From assembly GCA_964418365.1 (NCBI GenBank), contig CAYQLM010000001.1, forward strand, positions 24,490-88,489: a stretch of 64,000 bases of DNA, written 5' to 3'. A program made the translations under genes and the position numbers. Below the pieces are notes generated by a model, which worked only from the letters and a program-made list of their open reading frames with translations, was not told the DNA's origin and made no database searches. This stretch comes from an uncultured Dehalococcoidia bacterium (lineage in GTDB: Bacteria > Chloroflexota > Dehalococcoidia > DSTF01 > RBG-16-68-14). Shown here piece by piece: positions 20,021 to 29,354 of the stretch. Numbering within the stretch: the stretch's first letter is position 1; each line of letters begins with the position of its first letter.

Positions 20021-20170
20021 GGCGGCAACGCCAGGAGACTCGTCCTCGGCTGGGGCGGGCCTTATAAAGCCCGACTCGAATCCGACCGATACATCTCATA
20101 GGCCTGCATAAGGCCGAAGGCTCTATCTCATTCGATAGGCCGAGTATTCCACTGGTAGCGAGGGAAGCGC

Positions 20171-21010
20171 ATGGCTCAGACAATCACGACCGCTGCAGTT
20201 AGTCGAGTAAACCGCCGGTTTCTGCTCCTGGCCATCGTACTGGCCATCTTGAGTGCGGTGCTGGTCTACGCCCAGCTCTCTCACTCGGGCTCCAATAGCA
20301 GCAGCAGCTCGGGCGGCGGCGATGTGTCCGTTGTCGTGGCGAAGGCCGCGGTTCCGGCCGGGACACGGATCACGGCAGACATGGTCGAAATTCGCTCGTT
20401 CGGCCAGAATGACGTGGGCTTTCAGGCCCTGACCGCAAGCGAGCAGGCTGTCGGACAGGTCGCGCGCTATCCGATCGCCGCGGGCGAGCAAGTGCTGTCG
20501 TCGAAGCTCGTCGACACAACGGTCTCGTCCAGCAGCAACCTCGCCTTCGTCCTCCAAAACGGCATGCGCGGCGTCGCGATGCACGTCGACCCCGTGACGG
20601 CCGCCGGCGGGCTCGTGTTGCCGGGCGATCACGTGGATGTGCTGTGGATCCCGTTCAAGGCCGCGCCCGTATACATCATGCTCTCGGACGTCGAAGTGAC
20701 CGCGGTAAGCCAAACCGTTGTCGATGTGGCGCCCGCGGCTCCTGGTCTGCAAAAGGACCCGAACGCACCGCAGACGGGCAATCGTACGCGCATCTCGGAA
20801 GGCAACCCTGACCCGGCGGCGGACACTGTGACGTTCATGGTGTCGCCGGAACAAGCAATGTCGCTGATCTGCGGCACGAGCATTGCGCAGGCGTATGGCG
20901 GGACCATCAGCCTGTCAGTGCGGAGCTTCGGCGACACGGCCCCGCTGGCGGTCAATGCGCCGCCTTGTCCGCCGACGGAGCTGATGCGACAGCTGGGGAT
21001 CATTCAGTAG
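20171..21010 (+). CDS. cpaB: Flp pilus assembly protein CpaB/RcpC (SAF domain)
   Basis: 279 aa, N-terminal TM (FLLLAIVLAILSAVLVYA), SAF-like VAKAAVPAGTRITADMVEIRSF. Confidence 0.8.
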   Translation: MAQTITTAAVSRVNRRFLLLAIVLAILSAVLVYAQLSHSGSNSSSSSGGGDVSVVVAKAAVPAGTRITADMVEIRSFGQNDVGFQALTASEQAVGQVARYPIAAGEQVLSSKLVDTTVSSSSNLAFVLQNGMRGVAMHVDPVTAAGGLVLPGDHVDVLWIPFKAAPVYIMLSDVEVTAVSQTVVDVAPAAPGLQKDPNAPQTGNRTRISEGNPDPAADTVTFMVSPEQAMSLICGTSIAQAYGGTISLSVRSFGDTAPLAVNAPPCPPTELMRQLGIIQ

Positions 21011-21049
21011 CGCGTAGCAACACGCGAAGACGCGGAGAGGCAGGAGACC

Positions 21050-22243
21050 GTGCCACGCGACCCTGAAATCATCATTGTCGACCCCGACCTCGATACTCGG
21101 GCCGACCTGAAGCATATGCTCGGGCTCGCGAAGCTGGCGGTCGTGGGCGAGGCGGACTACGGCATCGAGGCTGCCACCGTCTCCCAGGAGCACCCGCCGG
21201 ACGTCTTCCTCATCAGCATGGAGGAGCCGGCCGCCCGCGCGATCCAGACAGTGGAGATGCTCGGCTCGGTGGCGCCGCGCGCGGCGATCATTGTCTACTC
21301 CTCGTTGACGGATGCGGCGTCGGTCCGCCGCGCGATGGTGGCCGGGGCGCGTGACTATTTGATCAAGCCTCTCCGTCCCGAAGACGTCAGCCGCGCCGTT
21401 TACGGCATCCTCGAGCAGGAGGAGCGCCGCCGGCTTCAAACGGAAGGCGACCACAGCGAGGCGGTCGCGCACGGCACCGTGGTTACCATCTTCGGTGCGA
21501 AGGGTGGCATTGGAAAGACCACCATCGCGACCAACCTCTCGGCCGCGCTCGTGAACACGACGCAGTCGAACGTGGCGCTGGTCGACATGGACACACGCTT
21601 CGGCGACGTCGCCATCATGATGGACATCGCCGTGGAACATAGTATCGCCGACCTGGGCCGGCGAATCGACTCTCTGGACCGCGAGTCGATCAAGGACAGC
21701 CTCGCGCGGCACCACACCGGCGTTTCGATCCTGCCGGCGCCGCTGCACCCGACGGAGTGGCGTGACCTGACGCCGCAGCACATCGAGCGGATCGTCGACT
21801 TGCTGGCCCAGGGCTATGACTGGGTCGTCATCGACACGCCCGGGACGTTCAACGAGATCATCGCCGCGACGCTGGAGATCGGCGACATCATCCTGCTGGT
21901 CACCAGCATGGACATCGCCAGCATCAAGGACACGGCTCTGGCGCTAGAGATGCTGCGAGCAGCCGATGTATCAGAAGACAAAGTGAAGCTGGTCATCAAC
22001 CACTCCACATCGGCGAACAGCCTGCGTGAGGAGGATGTGGAGCGGGTGCTGGAGTACAAAGTGACCTGGCGCATTCCGCACGATTACAACGTGGCAAGCG
22101 CGAACCAGCTCGGCATTCCTATCGTAACGGCGAAGCCGTACGCTCGTGTGTCGCGCGCCATTGTGGATATGGCCTATGACCTTACGGGCGTTTCCAGAGA
22201 GCGAAAGGGCTTCCTGGAGCGGTTCCTGGGCCGGGCCTCGTAA
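21050..22243 (+). CDS. tadZ: Flp pilus assembly protein TadZ/CpaE (receiver-like N-domain plus ParA/MinD-like ATPase)
   Basis: 397 aa, GTG start, deviant Walker A (IFGAKGGIGKTTIATNLS), MinD fold. Confidence 0.85.
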   Translation: MPRDPEIIIVDPDLDTRADLKHMLGLAKLAVVGEADYGIEAATVSQEHPPDVFLISMEEPAARAIQTVEMLGSVAPRAAIIVYSSLTDAASVRRAMVAGARDYLIKPLRPEDVSRAVYGILEQEERRRLQTEGDHSEAVAHGTVVTIFGAKGGIGKTTIATNLSAALVNTTQSNVALVDMDTRFGDVAIMMDIAVEHSIADLGRRIDSLDRESIKDSLARHHTGVSILPAPLHPTEWRDLTPQHIERIVDLLAQGYDWVVIDTPGTFNEIIAATLEIGDIILLVTSMDIASIKDTALALEMLRAADVSEDKVKLVINHSTSANSLREEDVERVLEYKVTWRIPHDYNVASANQLGIPIVTAKPYARVSRAIVDMAYDLTGVSRERKGFLERFLGRAS

Positions 22244-22273
22244 CACAACTCAGGGAAAGAAGGTTAGCGAGAG

Positions 22274-23623
22274 ATGAGTCAATTCTCGTGGCACCCACGA
22301 AGCGGAAGCGGAACTGAAACTCCGGAGCGGCCGTTCCAGCGGCGCAGCCAGAGCGTCGAGGCCGTCAATGAGCTGAAGTTCACGCTGCACCAGCGCCTCA
22401 TCGAGGAGCTGGACCCGACCAAGCTCCAGGGGCTGGAGCCGGATCGCGCGCGCGACGCTGTCGTCGCCGCCGCGCGATCGCTCATCGCTCAGGAGATGCC
22501 GGGCATCGTCGGCGCCGTGCGCGACGAGCTCGTGCAGTCGGTCGCGGACGAAGTGCTGGGCCTCGGCCCGATCGAACCGTTGATCAGGGACGTAGCCGTC
22601 TCAGAAGTGATGGTCAACGCCCCCGATCAGGTCTTCTATGAGAAGGAAGGCCGGCTCTATCTGAGCTCCGTTCGCTTCCGCGATCAGGCGCACATCATGC
22701 GCATCGTCGAGCGCATCGTGGCGCCCCTTGGCCGTCGTGTGGATGAATCGTCGCCTATGGTGGACGCTCGTTTGCCCGATGGCTCCCGCGTGAACGTCAT
22801 CATCCCGCCTGTCGCGCCGAAGAGCCCGACGATCACCATCCGGAAGTTCCAGGCCGACAAGATGACGATCGAGGACCTGATCGGCATCGGCAGCTTGACG
22901 CGCGAGCTGGCGGAGTTCTTCCGGGCCTGCGTACAGGTGCGGCTGAACATCATTGTCTCCGGCGGTACCGGCACCGGCAAGACGACCATGCTGAACGCAC
23001 TCTCGTCCTTCATTCCAGACACCGAGCGCATCGTCACCATTGAGGACCCGACGGAGCTCAGGCTCCAGCAGGGCCACGTCGTGAGCCTTGAGGCGCGGCC
23101 ACCCAGCCTGGAGGGCAAGGGTGAGGTGACGCAGCGAGACCTAGTCCGCAATTCGCTACGTATGCGCCCCGACCGCATCATCGTCGGTGAGGTGCGCGGC
23201 GCGGAATCCTTCGACATGATGCAGGCGATGAACACCGGCCACGAAGGATCGCTCGGCACGGTGCACGCCAACACGCCCCGAGACGCCCTCGCCCGTATCG
23301 AGAACATGGTCCTGATGGCCGGGCTCGATCTGCCGATGCGCGCGATCCGCGAGCAGATCTCTTCCGCGATCCACATCGTCACCCAGCTCACCAGGATGGC
23401 CGACGGGACGAGAAAGGTCACGCACGTATCCGAGATCGCCGGCATGGAGGGCGACATCGTGACGATGCAGGACCTGTTTCGGTACGAACAGCGTGGTGTG
23501 GACAGCGACGGCCGTGTCATCGGTGAGTTCCGCGCGACGGGAATCCGCCCGCGCTTCGCAGAGAAGTTCGAAGTAGCCGGCATCCGGCTGCCGCCGGACA
23601 TGTTCATGCCGGGAAGGCTGTAA
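22274..23623 (+). CDS. tadA: Tad secretion ATPase TadA/CpaF (VirB11-like)
   Basis: 449 aa, Walker A (VSGGTGTGKTTMLNAL), Walker B/Asp box; His box region HTGHEGSLGTVHAN. Confidence 0.92.
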   Translation: MSQFSWHPRSGSGTETPERPFQRRSQSVEAVNELKFTLHQRLIEELDPTKLQGLEPDRARDAVVAAARSLIAQEMPGIVGAVRDELVQSVADEVLGLGPIEPLIRDVAVSEVMVNAPDQVFYEKEGRLYLSSVRFRDQAHIMRIVERIVAPLGRRVDESSPMVDARLPDGSRVNVIIPPVAPKSPTITIRKFQADKMTIEDLIGIGSLTRELAEFFRACVQVRLNIIVSGGTGTGKTTMLNALSSFIPDTERIVTIEDPTELRLQQGHVVSLEARPPSLEGKGEVTQRDLVRNSLRMRPDRIIVGEVRGAESFDMMQAMNTGHEGSLGTVHANTPRDALARIENMVLMAGLDLPMRAIREQISSAIHIVTQLTRMADGTRKVTHVSEIAGMEGDIVTMQDLFRYEQRGVDSDGRVIGEFRATGIRPRFAEKFEVAGIRLPPDMFMPGRL

Positions 23624-23626
23624 GCC

Positions 23627-24595
23627 ATGGACCCAATCGCGCTCTTAACCGCCGCTTCGGTCCTCGTGGCCGTCCTCTCGTTCGGCCTGGCGTTTGCTAC
23701 CACGCCGGTGAGCGCGCAGATGCGCGCTCGCCTCCACGGCGTGCTCGCCGCTCAGACCGGCATCGCTGACCGCGGCGCCTCGGACGCGCCGCTGCGGGCG
23801 CGCCGCGGGCTTGGCGTGTTCCAAACGCTCATCTCTGGTGGCTGGCTGGCGCGGATGGAGACAGACCTTCGCCTGGCGGACAGTCGGCTCCACCCGGGCG
23901 ATTACCTCGCGCTGCGGGTCGGGGTGGCAGGACTGGGCTTTGTCGCGCCGTTTCTCGCCCTCGGCGGGGGGATGGGCCTCATTCTCGGAATCATCGCCGG
24001 CGCGGCCGGGTTCCAGGTGCCACAGTTCTGGATCGGCAACCGAAAGGCCAGCCGCGCCAGGAAGCTGGAGGCCCAGCTCCCGGAAGCGCTCACGATGGTG
24101 GCGAACTCGCTCAAGGCCGGCTTTGGCTTGCTGCAGGCGCTCAGCCTTGCCGCAGAGCAACTCGAACATCCGGTCAGCACGGAGCTCGCGCAGGCCGTGC
24201 AGGAGACGAACATCGGCTCCAGCGTGGAGGAAGCATTCCGTCAGCTCAGCGAACGGAATGGCAACTACGATCTCGACATGGTGGTGACCGCGATCATGGT
24301 GCAGCGGACGGCTGGCGGTAACCTGTCCGAGATCCTGGAGACGGTCACCGCAACCATGCGCGAACGCGTGCGCATCAAGGGCGAGATCCAGACGCTTACC
24401 GCGCAGCAGAAGCTGACGGGAATCGTCATCGCGCTGCTGCCGGTAGGGGTGGCTGGCTTGTTCGTTGTGATCAGCCCGGAATACATCAAGCCTTTGTTCA
24501 CGGACCCGCTGGGCCGGGTCATGCTGGGCGTGAGTACCTTCCTTGAAGTCATCGGCGTGCTCGTGATCCAGAAGATCCTGTCAATCGAGGTGTAG
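23627..24595 (+). CDS. tadB: Tad inner-membrane platform protein TadB (T2SS F domain)
   Basis: 322 aa, GspF-like domain, TM segments. Confidence 0.82.
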   Translation: MDPIALLTAASVLVAVLSFGLAFATTPVSAQMRARLHGVLAAQTGIADRGASDAPLRARRGLGVFQTLISGGWLARMETDLRLADSRLHPGDYLALRVGVAGLGFVAPFLALGGGMGLILGIIAGAAGFQVPQFWIGNRKASRARKLEAQLPEALTMVANSLKAGFGLLQALSLAAEQLEHPVSTELAQAVQETNIGSSVEEAFRQLSERNGNYDLDMVVTAIMVQRTAGGNLSEILETVTATMRERVRIKGEIQTLTAQQKLTGIVIALLPVGVAGLFVVISPEYIKPLFTDPLGRVMLGVSTFLEVIGVLVIQKILSIEV

Positions 24596-24600
24596 GCGTC

Positions 24601-25506
24601 ATGCCAATGCTTGCCGCGCTAGTCTTCGCTTCCGCTGTCTTCGTATTCGTCCTGTCCTTTAGTGGCGGCGAAGCGCGCATTCGCTCTCGCCTCCAGGCGC
24701 TGCGCGGCCCCGACGTGCATGACCAGTCACGCGAGGCGCTCACGCTGAAGCAGCGCATGTTTCTGCCCATCACGGACGGCATCATGCAGTCTGTGTCGCG
24801 CTACCTGCCGTCCGGCGTCATGTCGCGCATGGAGGAGAAGCTGGTGATCGCTGGCGAGCCGATGTCGGCGAACACGTTCATGGCCGTCCGGCTGATCTGC
24901 TTCGCGTTGCTGGCGGGTCTGCCCGTGCTGCTGCTTACGGCCGGCATGATCAAGCTGAGCATGACGGGCATCGTCTTCATCGGGGCATTTACGGTAGCCG
25001 GGATCATGCTGCCCACCGTGTGGCTGTCGCAGCGCGTAGGGCAGCGTCAGAGCACGATCATCAAGAGCCTACCCGATGCCTTCGATCTCATCACGACATG
25101 CGTGGAGGCTGGCCTCGGACTGGACGCCGCGCTCGCCCGCGTCGCGGACAAGGTCGAGGGCCCGTTCGCCGATGAGCTATCGAGGGCGTTGCGCGAGATC
25201 GGTCTCGGCAGGATGCGCCGTGAAGCGCTACGCGAGCTCGGTTCGCGCACTGGCGTGCCCGACCTGATCACGTTTGTCAACGCCGTGATTCAGGCTGAAC
25301 TTATGGGCTCCAGTGTCGGTGCGGTGTTGCGCGTACAGGCGGAACAGCTTCGCATGCGCCGCCGCCAGCGCGCGGAGGAGCAGGCCTACAAGGCGCCGGT
25401 AAAGATGATCTTCCCCCTTGTGCTCTTCATCTTCCCGACGCTCTTCATCGTCATCTTGGGCCCGGCCATGATCACGATCATGAAGGACTTTCCTGGCGGG
25501 AAGTAG
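24601..25506 (+). CDS. tadC: Tad inner-membrane platform protein TadC (T2SS F domain)
   Basis: 301 aa, second GspF-like paralog directly after tadB. Confidence 0.82.
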   Translation: MPMLAALVFASAVFVFVLSFSGGEARIRSRLQALRGPDVHDQSREALTLKQRMFLPITDGIMQSVSRYLPSGVMSRMEEKLVIAGEPMSANTFMAVRLICFALLAGLPVLLLTAGMIKLSMTGIVFIGAFTVAGIMLPTVWLSQRVGQRQSTIIKSLPDAFDLITTCVEAGLGLDAALARVADKVEGPFADELSRALREIGLGRMRREALRELGSRTGVPDLITFVNAVIQAELMGSSVGAVLRVQAEQLRMRRRQRAEEQAYKAPVKMIFPLVLFIFPTLFIVILGPAMITIMKDFPGGK

Positions 25507-25515
25507 CCGGCTGGC

Positions 25516-25860
25516 GTGCGGATAACCAACCAGACGAAGGGGACGGAGCTGGCGAGCGCTGCTCGCGTCGCCCGCAGCCTCTCGTCTCGAACCATTGGCT
25601 TGCTTGGCAAGCGCGCGTTGCCTCAGGGTGAGGCGCTCGTCATCGATCCCTGTTCGTCGGTTCACACCGCCTTCATGCGCTTCACGATTGACGTCCTGTA
25701 CCTGGACCCGTCGAAGCGTGTCATCAAGGCCGTCGCGGATCTGAAGCCGTTCCGCATCAGCGGCGTCCTGCGCGGCAAGTGTTCGGTGATCGAGCTGCCG
25801 CGGGGCGCTATCGCCGCGAGCAACACTGCCCCCGGCGACCAGCTCGCCTTCGATTCCTAG
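25516..25860 (+). CDS. DUF192 (COG1430) domain protein
   Basis: 114 aa, GTG start; motif RTIGLLGKRAL...GEALVIDPCSSVHTAFMRFTIDVLYLD typical of DUF192. Confidence 0.65.
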   Translation: MRITNQTKGTELASAARVARSLSSRTIGLLGKRALPQGEALVIDPCSSVHTAFMRFTIDVLYLDPSKRVIKAVADLKPFRISGVLRGKCSVIELPRGAIAASNTAPGDQLAFDS

Positions 25861-25870
25861 GCCGCCCGGT

Positions 25871-28066
25871 CTAGCGAGTGCAGCTGACGTTGTACTCACT
25901 GATCGAGATCCGGATATCGATTACGGTGACGGTTCCGTCGCTGTTTAAGTCCGCCCGCGGATCGTCCATGCGGTGGTAGTGCTGGAGTACATAGATGATG
26001 TCGTTGATCGTCACCTTGCCGTTGCCGTCGAAGTCGGCGCAGGGCCAGGGCATCGGCGTCGGCGTCGGGGTGATCGTCGGTGTCGGCGTGATGGTCGGCG
26101 TGTTGGTGATCGTCGGCGTGTTGGTCGCCGTGAACGTGGGCGTCGGCGTCGGAGCGAGGATGAGGGTCTGCACCTGGGCGATATTGTTGGCGTATGACGA
26201 CTCCGGCGCGACATTGGTTACGAGCAAGCGGTTGGCCGCGGCTGAAGCCGTTAGGGTCGTATCGGAGGACACGGCGACGCGCCCGCTCAACGTGATCGTC
26301 GCCCTGTCATTCGGATGGAACGTTCCAGGGAAGGAGCAACTGAGCGTGCCCGTGGAAACGATGACGCACGTACCGCAAAAGAGCCCGCCGCCGGTAAGCG
26401 TGATGCAGGTACCGGTGAAGTCCGTTGTAAAGGTGGCGATGACGAGGCTTGGGGCATACTGCACGAGCGCTTCGATGAAATATGGCCGGCCGGTCGTCGG
26501 GTTGATGTCATTCACAACGTCGAGCCCGCCAATGTTCGTAACAGCGGCGGTATAGGTGAATATGGATCCGCTTGGTACTGGGTTTTGACTAACGTCCATG
26601 GTCGCCGCCAGATCGCCTGGGGGTGGCGCCGGCGTTGGGCTGGGCGTCGGTGTTCTTGTAGGCGTGGGCGGCGGGGAGACCGTGATCGAGGCCTGGGCAT
26701 CGTTGTTCGCCTCACTGAACTCAGCTACCTCATCAAACGGATCGACGGTGGCCGAATCCACAAAGACGCCCTCCTGCGTCATGTAGCCGCCGATCGTGAC
26801 CGTGGCCACCCCGCCTGCCGGCAGCGCGCCCAGATCGCAGTCCAGCTCTCCGCCAGTCAGAGACCCCAGCAGCGTGCAACTTCCAGCCGAAGCCGAGAAC
26901 GATGTATAGACGAAGTCAACGGGCGGGTTGTGCGCCAGCCGCACCGGCGCCACGGCTTGGCCGCCCACGTTGCGCACCTGGACCGTAAGCGTAAGCGGAT
27001 CGTTGCCTCGAACGGGGTTCGGAGTGGGGACGATCGTTACGGTCAGGTCGCCAGTGAGCGGCGTGGGTGTGAACGTAGCGGTAACCGTAGGCGTATTGGT
27101 CGGCGTGGCGGTCGATGTCGGCGTGCGGGTCGCCGTCGGCGTGCCAGGCGTCGGTGTTCGCGTGGCCGTGCGGGTCGATGTCGCCGTATCCGTAACTGTC
27201 GCCGTGGGCGTTGCCGTGGGCGCCAGCACCTGCGTCGTCGCTAGGGACGTGTTATTCGCCTCGTTCGACTCCGTCACGATGTTGTTAGGGTCGACGGTCG
27301 CCGTGTTCGTGACATTCGTGTCGACGCCTGCCGCGACGTAGCCGGTGACCGTCACCGTCGCGATGGCGCTCGGCCCCGTGCCGAAGGCGCCGAGGTCGCA
27401 GTCCAGCAGGCCGCCGGTGACGCCGTTCCTGAGCGAGCAGGCGCCACGCGTTGTGCTGAAGCCGGTGTACGTGAAATTGGCCGAGGGCTGGTCGATCAGG
27501 CGGACCGCGCTCGCGGGGGCGTTGCCCAAGTTGCGCACCTTGAGGGTGTAGTTCAGTGGCGCCCCGCCCACTACCGGGTCCGGGCTGTCTGTCGTCGTCA
27601 CGATCAAATCGACTCCGTTTGCCAGTGTCGCGGTCGGGGTGAAGGTGTTGGTCGGCACGGGCGTGAAGGTGTTCGTGGGCACGGGCGTGTTGGTAGCCGT
27701 AGGTGTGAATGTGTTGGTCGCCGTCGGCGTAAAGGTATTCGTTGGTGTTGGCGTAAGGGTGTTGGTCGGCGACGGCGTGAAGGTGTTGGTCGGTGAAGGC
27801 GTGAAGGTGTCGGTTGGCGTTGGGGTGAGAGTGTCGGTCGGCGACGGCGTGAAGGTGTCGGTTGGCGTTGGGGTGAGAGTGTCGGTTGGCGTTGGGGTGA
27901 GAGTGTCGGTCGCCGTTGCCGTCTCGGTGGGAGTATCCGTCTCACCCAGCGCCATGCCAGGGCGGGACGGCTGGCTGGACAGGGCGACGAGGGACACGGC
28001 AACGAGCGCGCCCACGAGGAGGCCCGCCACGATGCCCAGCCTGAGGTGTGGCAGCGCCCGACTCAT
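25871..28066 (-). CDS. Secreted protein with DUF11-type repeat domains, Thr/Pro linkers and a C-terminal dockerin-like module
   Basis: 731 aa with a signal peptide. Two DUF11-like repeats ([20 protein letters not shown]..., [20 protein letters not shown]...). The C-terminus has paired Ca-loop-like motifs ([40 protein letters not shown]). Confidence 0.75.
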   Translation of the reverse strand: MSRALPHLRLGIVAGLLVGALVAVSLVALSSQPSRPGMALGETDTPTETATATDTLTPTPTDTLTPTPTDTFTPSPTDTLTPTPTDTFTPSPTNTFTPSPTNTLTPTPTNTFTPTATNTFTPTATNTPVPTNTFTPVPTNTFTPTATLANGVDLIVTTTDSPDPVVGGAPLNYTLKVRNLGNAPASAVRLIDQPSANFTYTGFSTTRGACSLRNGVTGGLLDCDLGAFGTGPSAIATVTVTGYVAAGVDTNVTNTATVDPNNIVTESNEANNTSLATTQVLAPTATPTATVTDTATSTRTATRTPTPGTPTATRTPTSTATPTNTPTVTATFTPTPLTGDLTVTIVPTPNPVRGNDPLTLTVQVRNVGGQAVAPVRLAHNPPVDFVYTSFSASAGSCTLLGSLTGGELDCDLGALPAGGVATVTIGGYMTQEGVFVDSATVDPFDEVAEFSEANNDAQASITVSPPPTPTRTPTPSPTPAPPPGDLAATMDVSQNPVPSGSIFTYTAAVTNIGGLDVVNDINPTTGRPYFIEALVQYAPSLVIATFTTDFTGTCITLTGGGLFCGTCVIVSTGTLSCSFPGTFHPNDRATITLSGRVAVSSDTTLTASAAANRLLVTNVAPESSYANNIAQVQTLILAPTPTPTFTATNTPTITNTPTITPTPTITPTPTPMPWPCADFDGNGKVTINDIIYVLQHYHRMDDPRADLNSDGTVTVIDIRISISEYNVSCTR
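27798..27925 (-). repeat. Tandem 48-bp coding repeat (about 2.7 units) encoding a [16 protein letters not shown] linker
   Basis: Near-identical units GGCGTGAAGGTGTCGGTTGGCGTTGGGGTGAGAGTGTCGGTCGGCGAC on the plus strand. Confidence 0.8.
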
Positions 28067-28409
28067 GCTTTTGAGCCACCTGTCTCATGATGGCCGAGGC
28101 CGCCGTCTTGAGGCCGGCCAGGCCGTCTTGGTCCGTGCGTAGGAATCTATCCTCTCCCCATATCTACTAACGGCCGGCGGGGACGCTCGGTTGCAGCCGA
28201 GCGGTCCGGTCGGAGTAGAACATGCCTTCGGCGAGATGCCGGTCCGAGGGTGCCACCAGCTCTGGCTCCTCTCCCGCCATCATAGGGGCTGGGAGGCCTC
28301 GCGGCGGTTAATCATAACCCAACGATACGTAAAATAACGGCCAACTCCGGCCGTCGTGCCCATCGAATACGCCTGCGCTATACTCCCGCGGGACGAGAAG
28401 GGAGGCGTC

Positions 28410-29345
28410 GTGGAATACAAGAACGTAGGCCGCTCCGGGCTGGTGGTCTCCGCTGGCGGGCTGGGCTGCAACAACTTCGGCCGTCGCTGCGACGTGGGGC
28501 AGGCCGCGGCCGTGGTCGGCAGGGCCTTGGATCTGGGCGTCACCTTCTTCGACACCGCCGACATCTACGGCCCCCGGGGCGTCTCCGAGGAGTACCTGGG
28601 CAAGGCCCTGCAAGGGCACAGGCGCGACGCTGTCATCGCCACCAAGTTCGTCGGCCCGATGGGCGAAGGCCCGTTGTGGGAGGGGGCATCGCGCCGCTAC
28701 ATCTTCGAGGCCGTCGACGGCAGCCTGGGGCGCCTCGGCACCGACTACATTGACCTGTACCAGATCCACTTTCCGGACACGCGTACTCCCATCGAGGAGA
28801 CGCTGCGTGCGCTCGATGACCTGGTGCGCGCGGGCAAGATCCGCTACTTCGGCTGCTCCAACTTCGCTGGCTGGCAGGTCGTCGAGGCGCAATGGATCAC
28901 GCGTGTTCACCACTTTTCGCCGCTGGCCTCCGCGCAGAACCAGTACAACCTGCTCGACCGCCGCATCGAGCGCGAGTTGGTGCCCGCGTGTAAGAGCTAC
29001 GGCCTGGGCGTGCTGCCGTACTTCCCGCTGGCGAACGGCTTCCTGACCGGCAAGTACCGTCCCGGCCAGCCGGCGCCCGAAGGCACACGGCTCGCGACCG
29101 GCATGGGCGAGCGCGTCCTCACCGAAGAGAACTTTGCGAAGCTGACAAAGCTCGAAGACTTCGCCCAGCAGCGCGGCCACACGATGCTCGAGCTGGCGAT
29201 CGGATGGCTGGCGAGCCAGCCGCACGTCGCGAGCGTGATCGCGGGCGCGACAAAGCCGGAGCAGATCGAGCAGAACGTCAAGGCTGCCGAATGGCGGCTG
29301 ACCGCGGATGAGCTAGCTGAAGTCGATCGCCTGACGCAGCGCTAG
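28410..29345 (+). CDS. Aldo/keto reductase family oxidoreductase
   Basis: GTG 28410 after an AAGGGAGG Shine-Dalgarno gives MEYKNVGRSGLVVS...; AKR motifs (TFFDTADIYG, IDLYQIH). The ORF extension from 28356 is unlikely. Confidence 0.88.
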   Translation: MEYKNVGRSGLVVSAGGLGCNNFGRRCDVGQAAAVVGRALDLGVTFFDTADIYGPRGVSEEYLGKALQGHRRDAVIATKFVGPMGEGPLWEGASRRYIFEAVDGSLGRLGTDYIDLYQIHFPDTRTPIEETLRALDDLVRAGKIRYFGCSNFAGWQVVEAQWITRVHHFSPLASAQNQYNLLDRRIERELVPACKSYGLGVLPYFPLANGFLTGKYRPGQPAPEGTRLATGMGERVLTEENFAKLTKLEDFAQQRGHTMLELAIGWLASQPHVASVIAGATKPEQIEQNVKAAEWRLTADELAEVDRLTQR

Positions 29346-29354
29346 CTGACCGCA

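Noticed and set aside
26315-27244. Long ORFs on alternative frames and strands within repeat regions (e.g. 26315..27244, 36968..37924, 37017..37457, 37464..38030, 10115..11203, 15812..16954, 5384..6154, 6690..7994)
   Set aside because: The translations are Arg/Gly/Val low-complexity peptides antisense to, or out of frame with, well-supported genes. This is typical high-GC spurious ORFs.
27600-27960. Regularly spaced direct repeats that could resemble a CRISPR array (also 36920-37865)
   Set aside because: The repeats are contiguous with no unique spacers. They lie inside long ORFs and encode TPTxTxTPT linkers; no cas genes are present.
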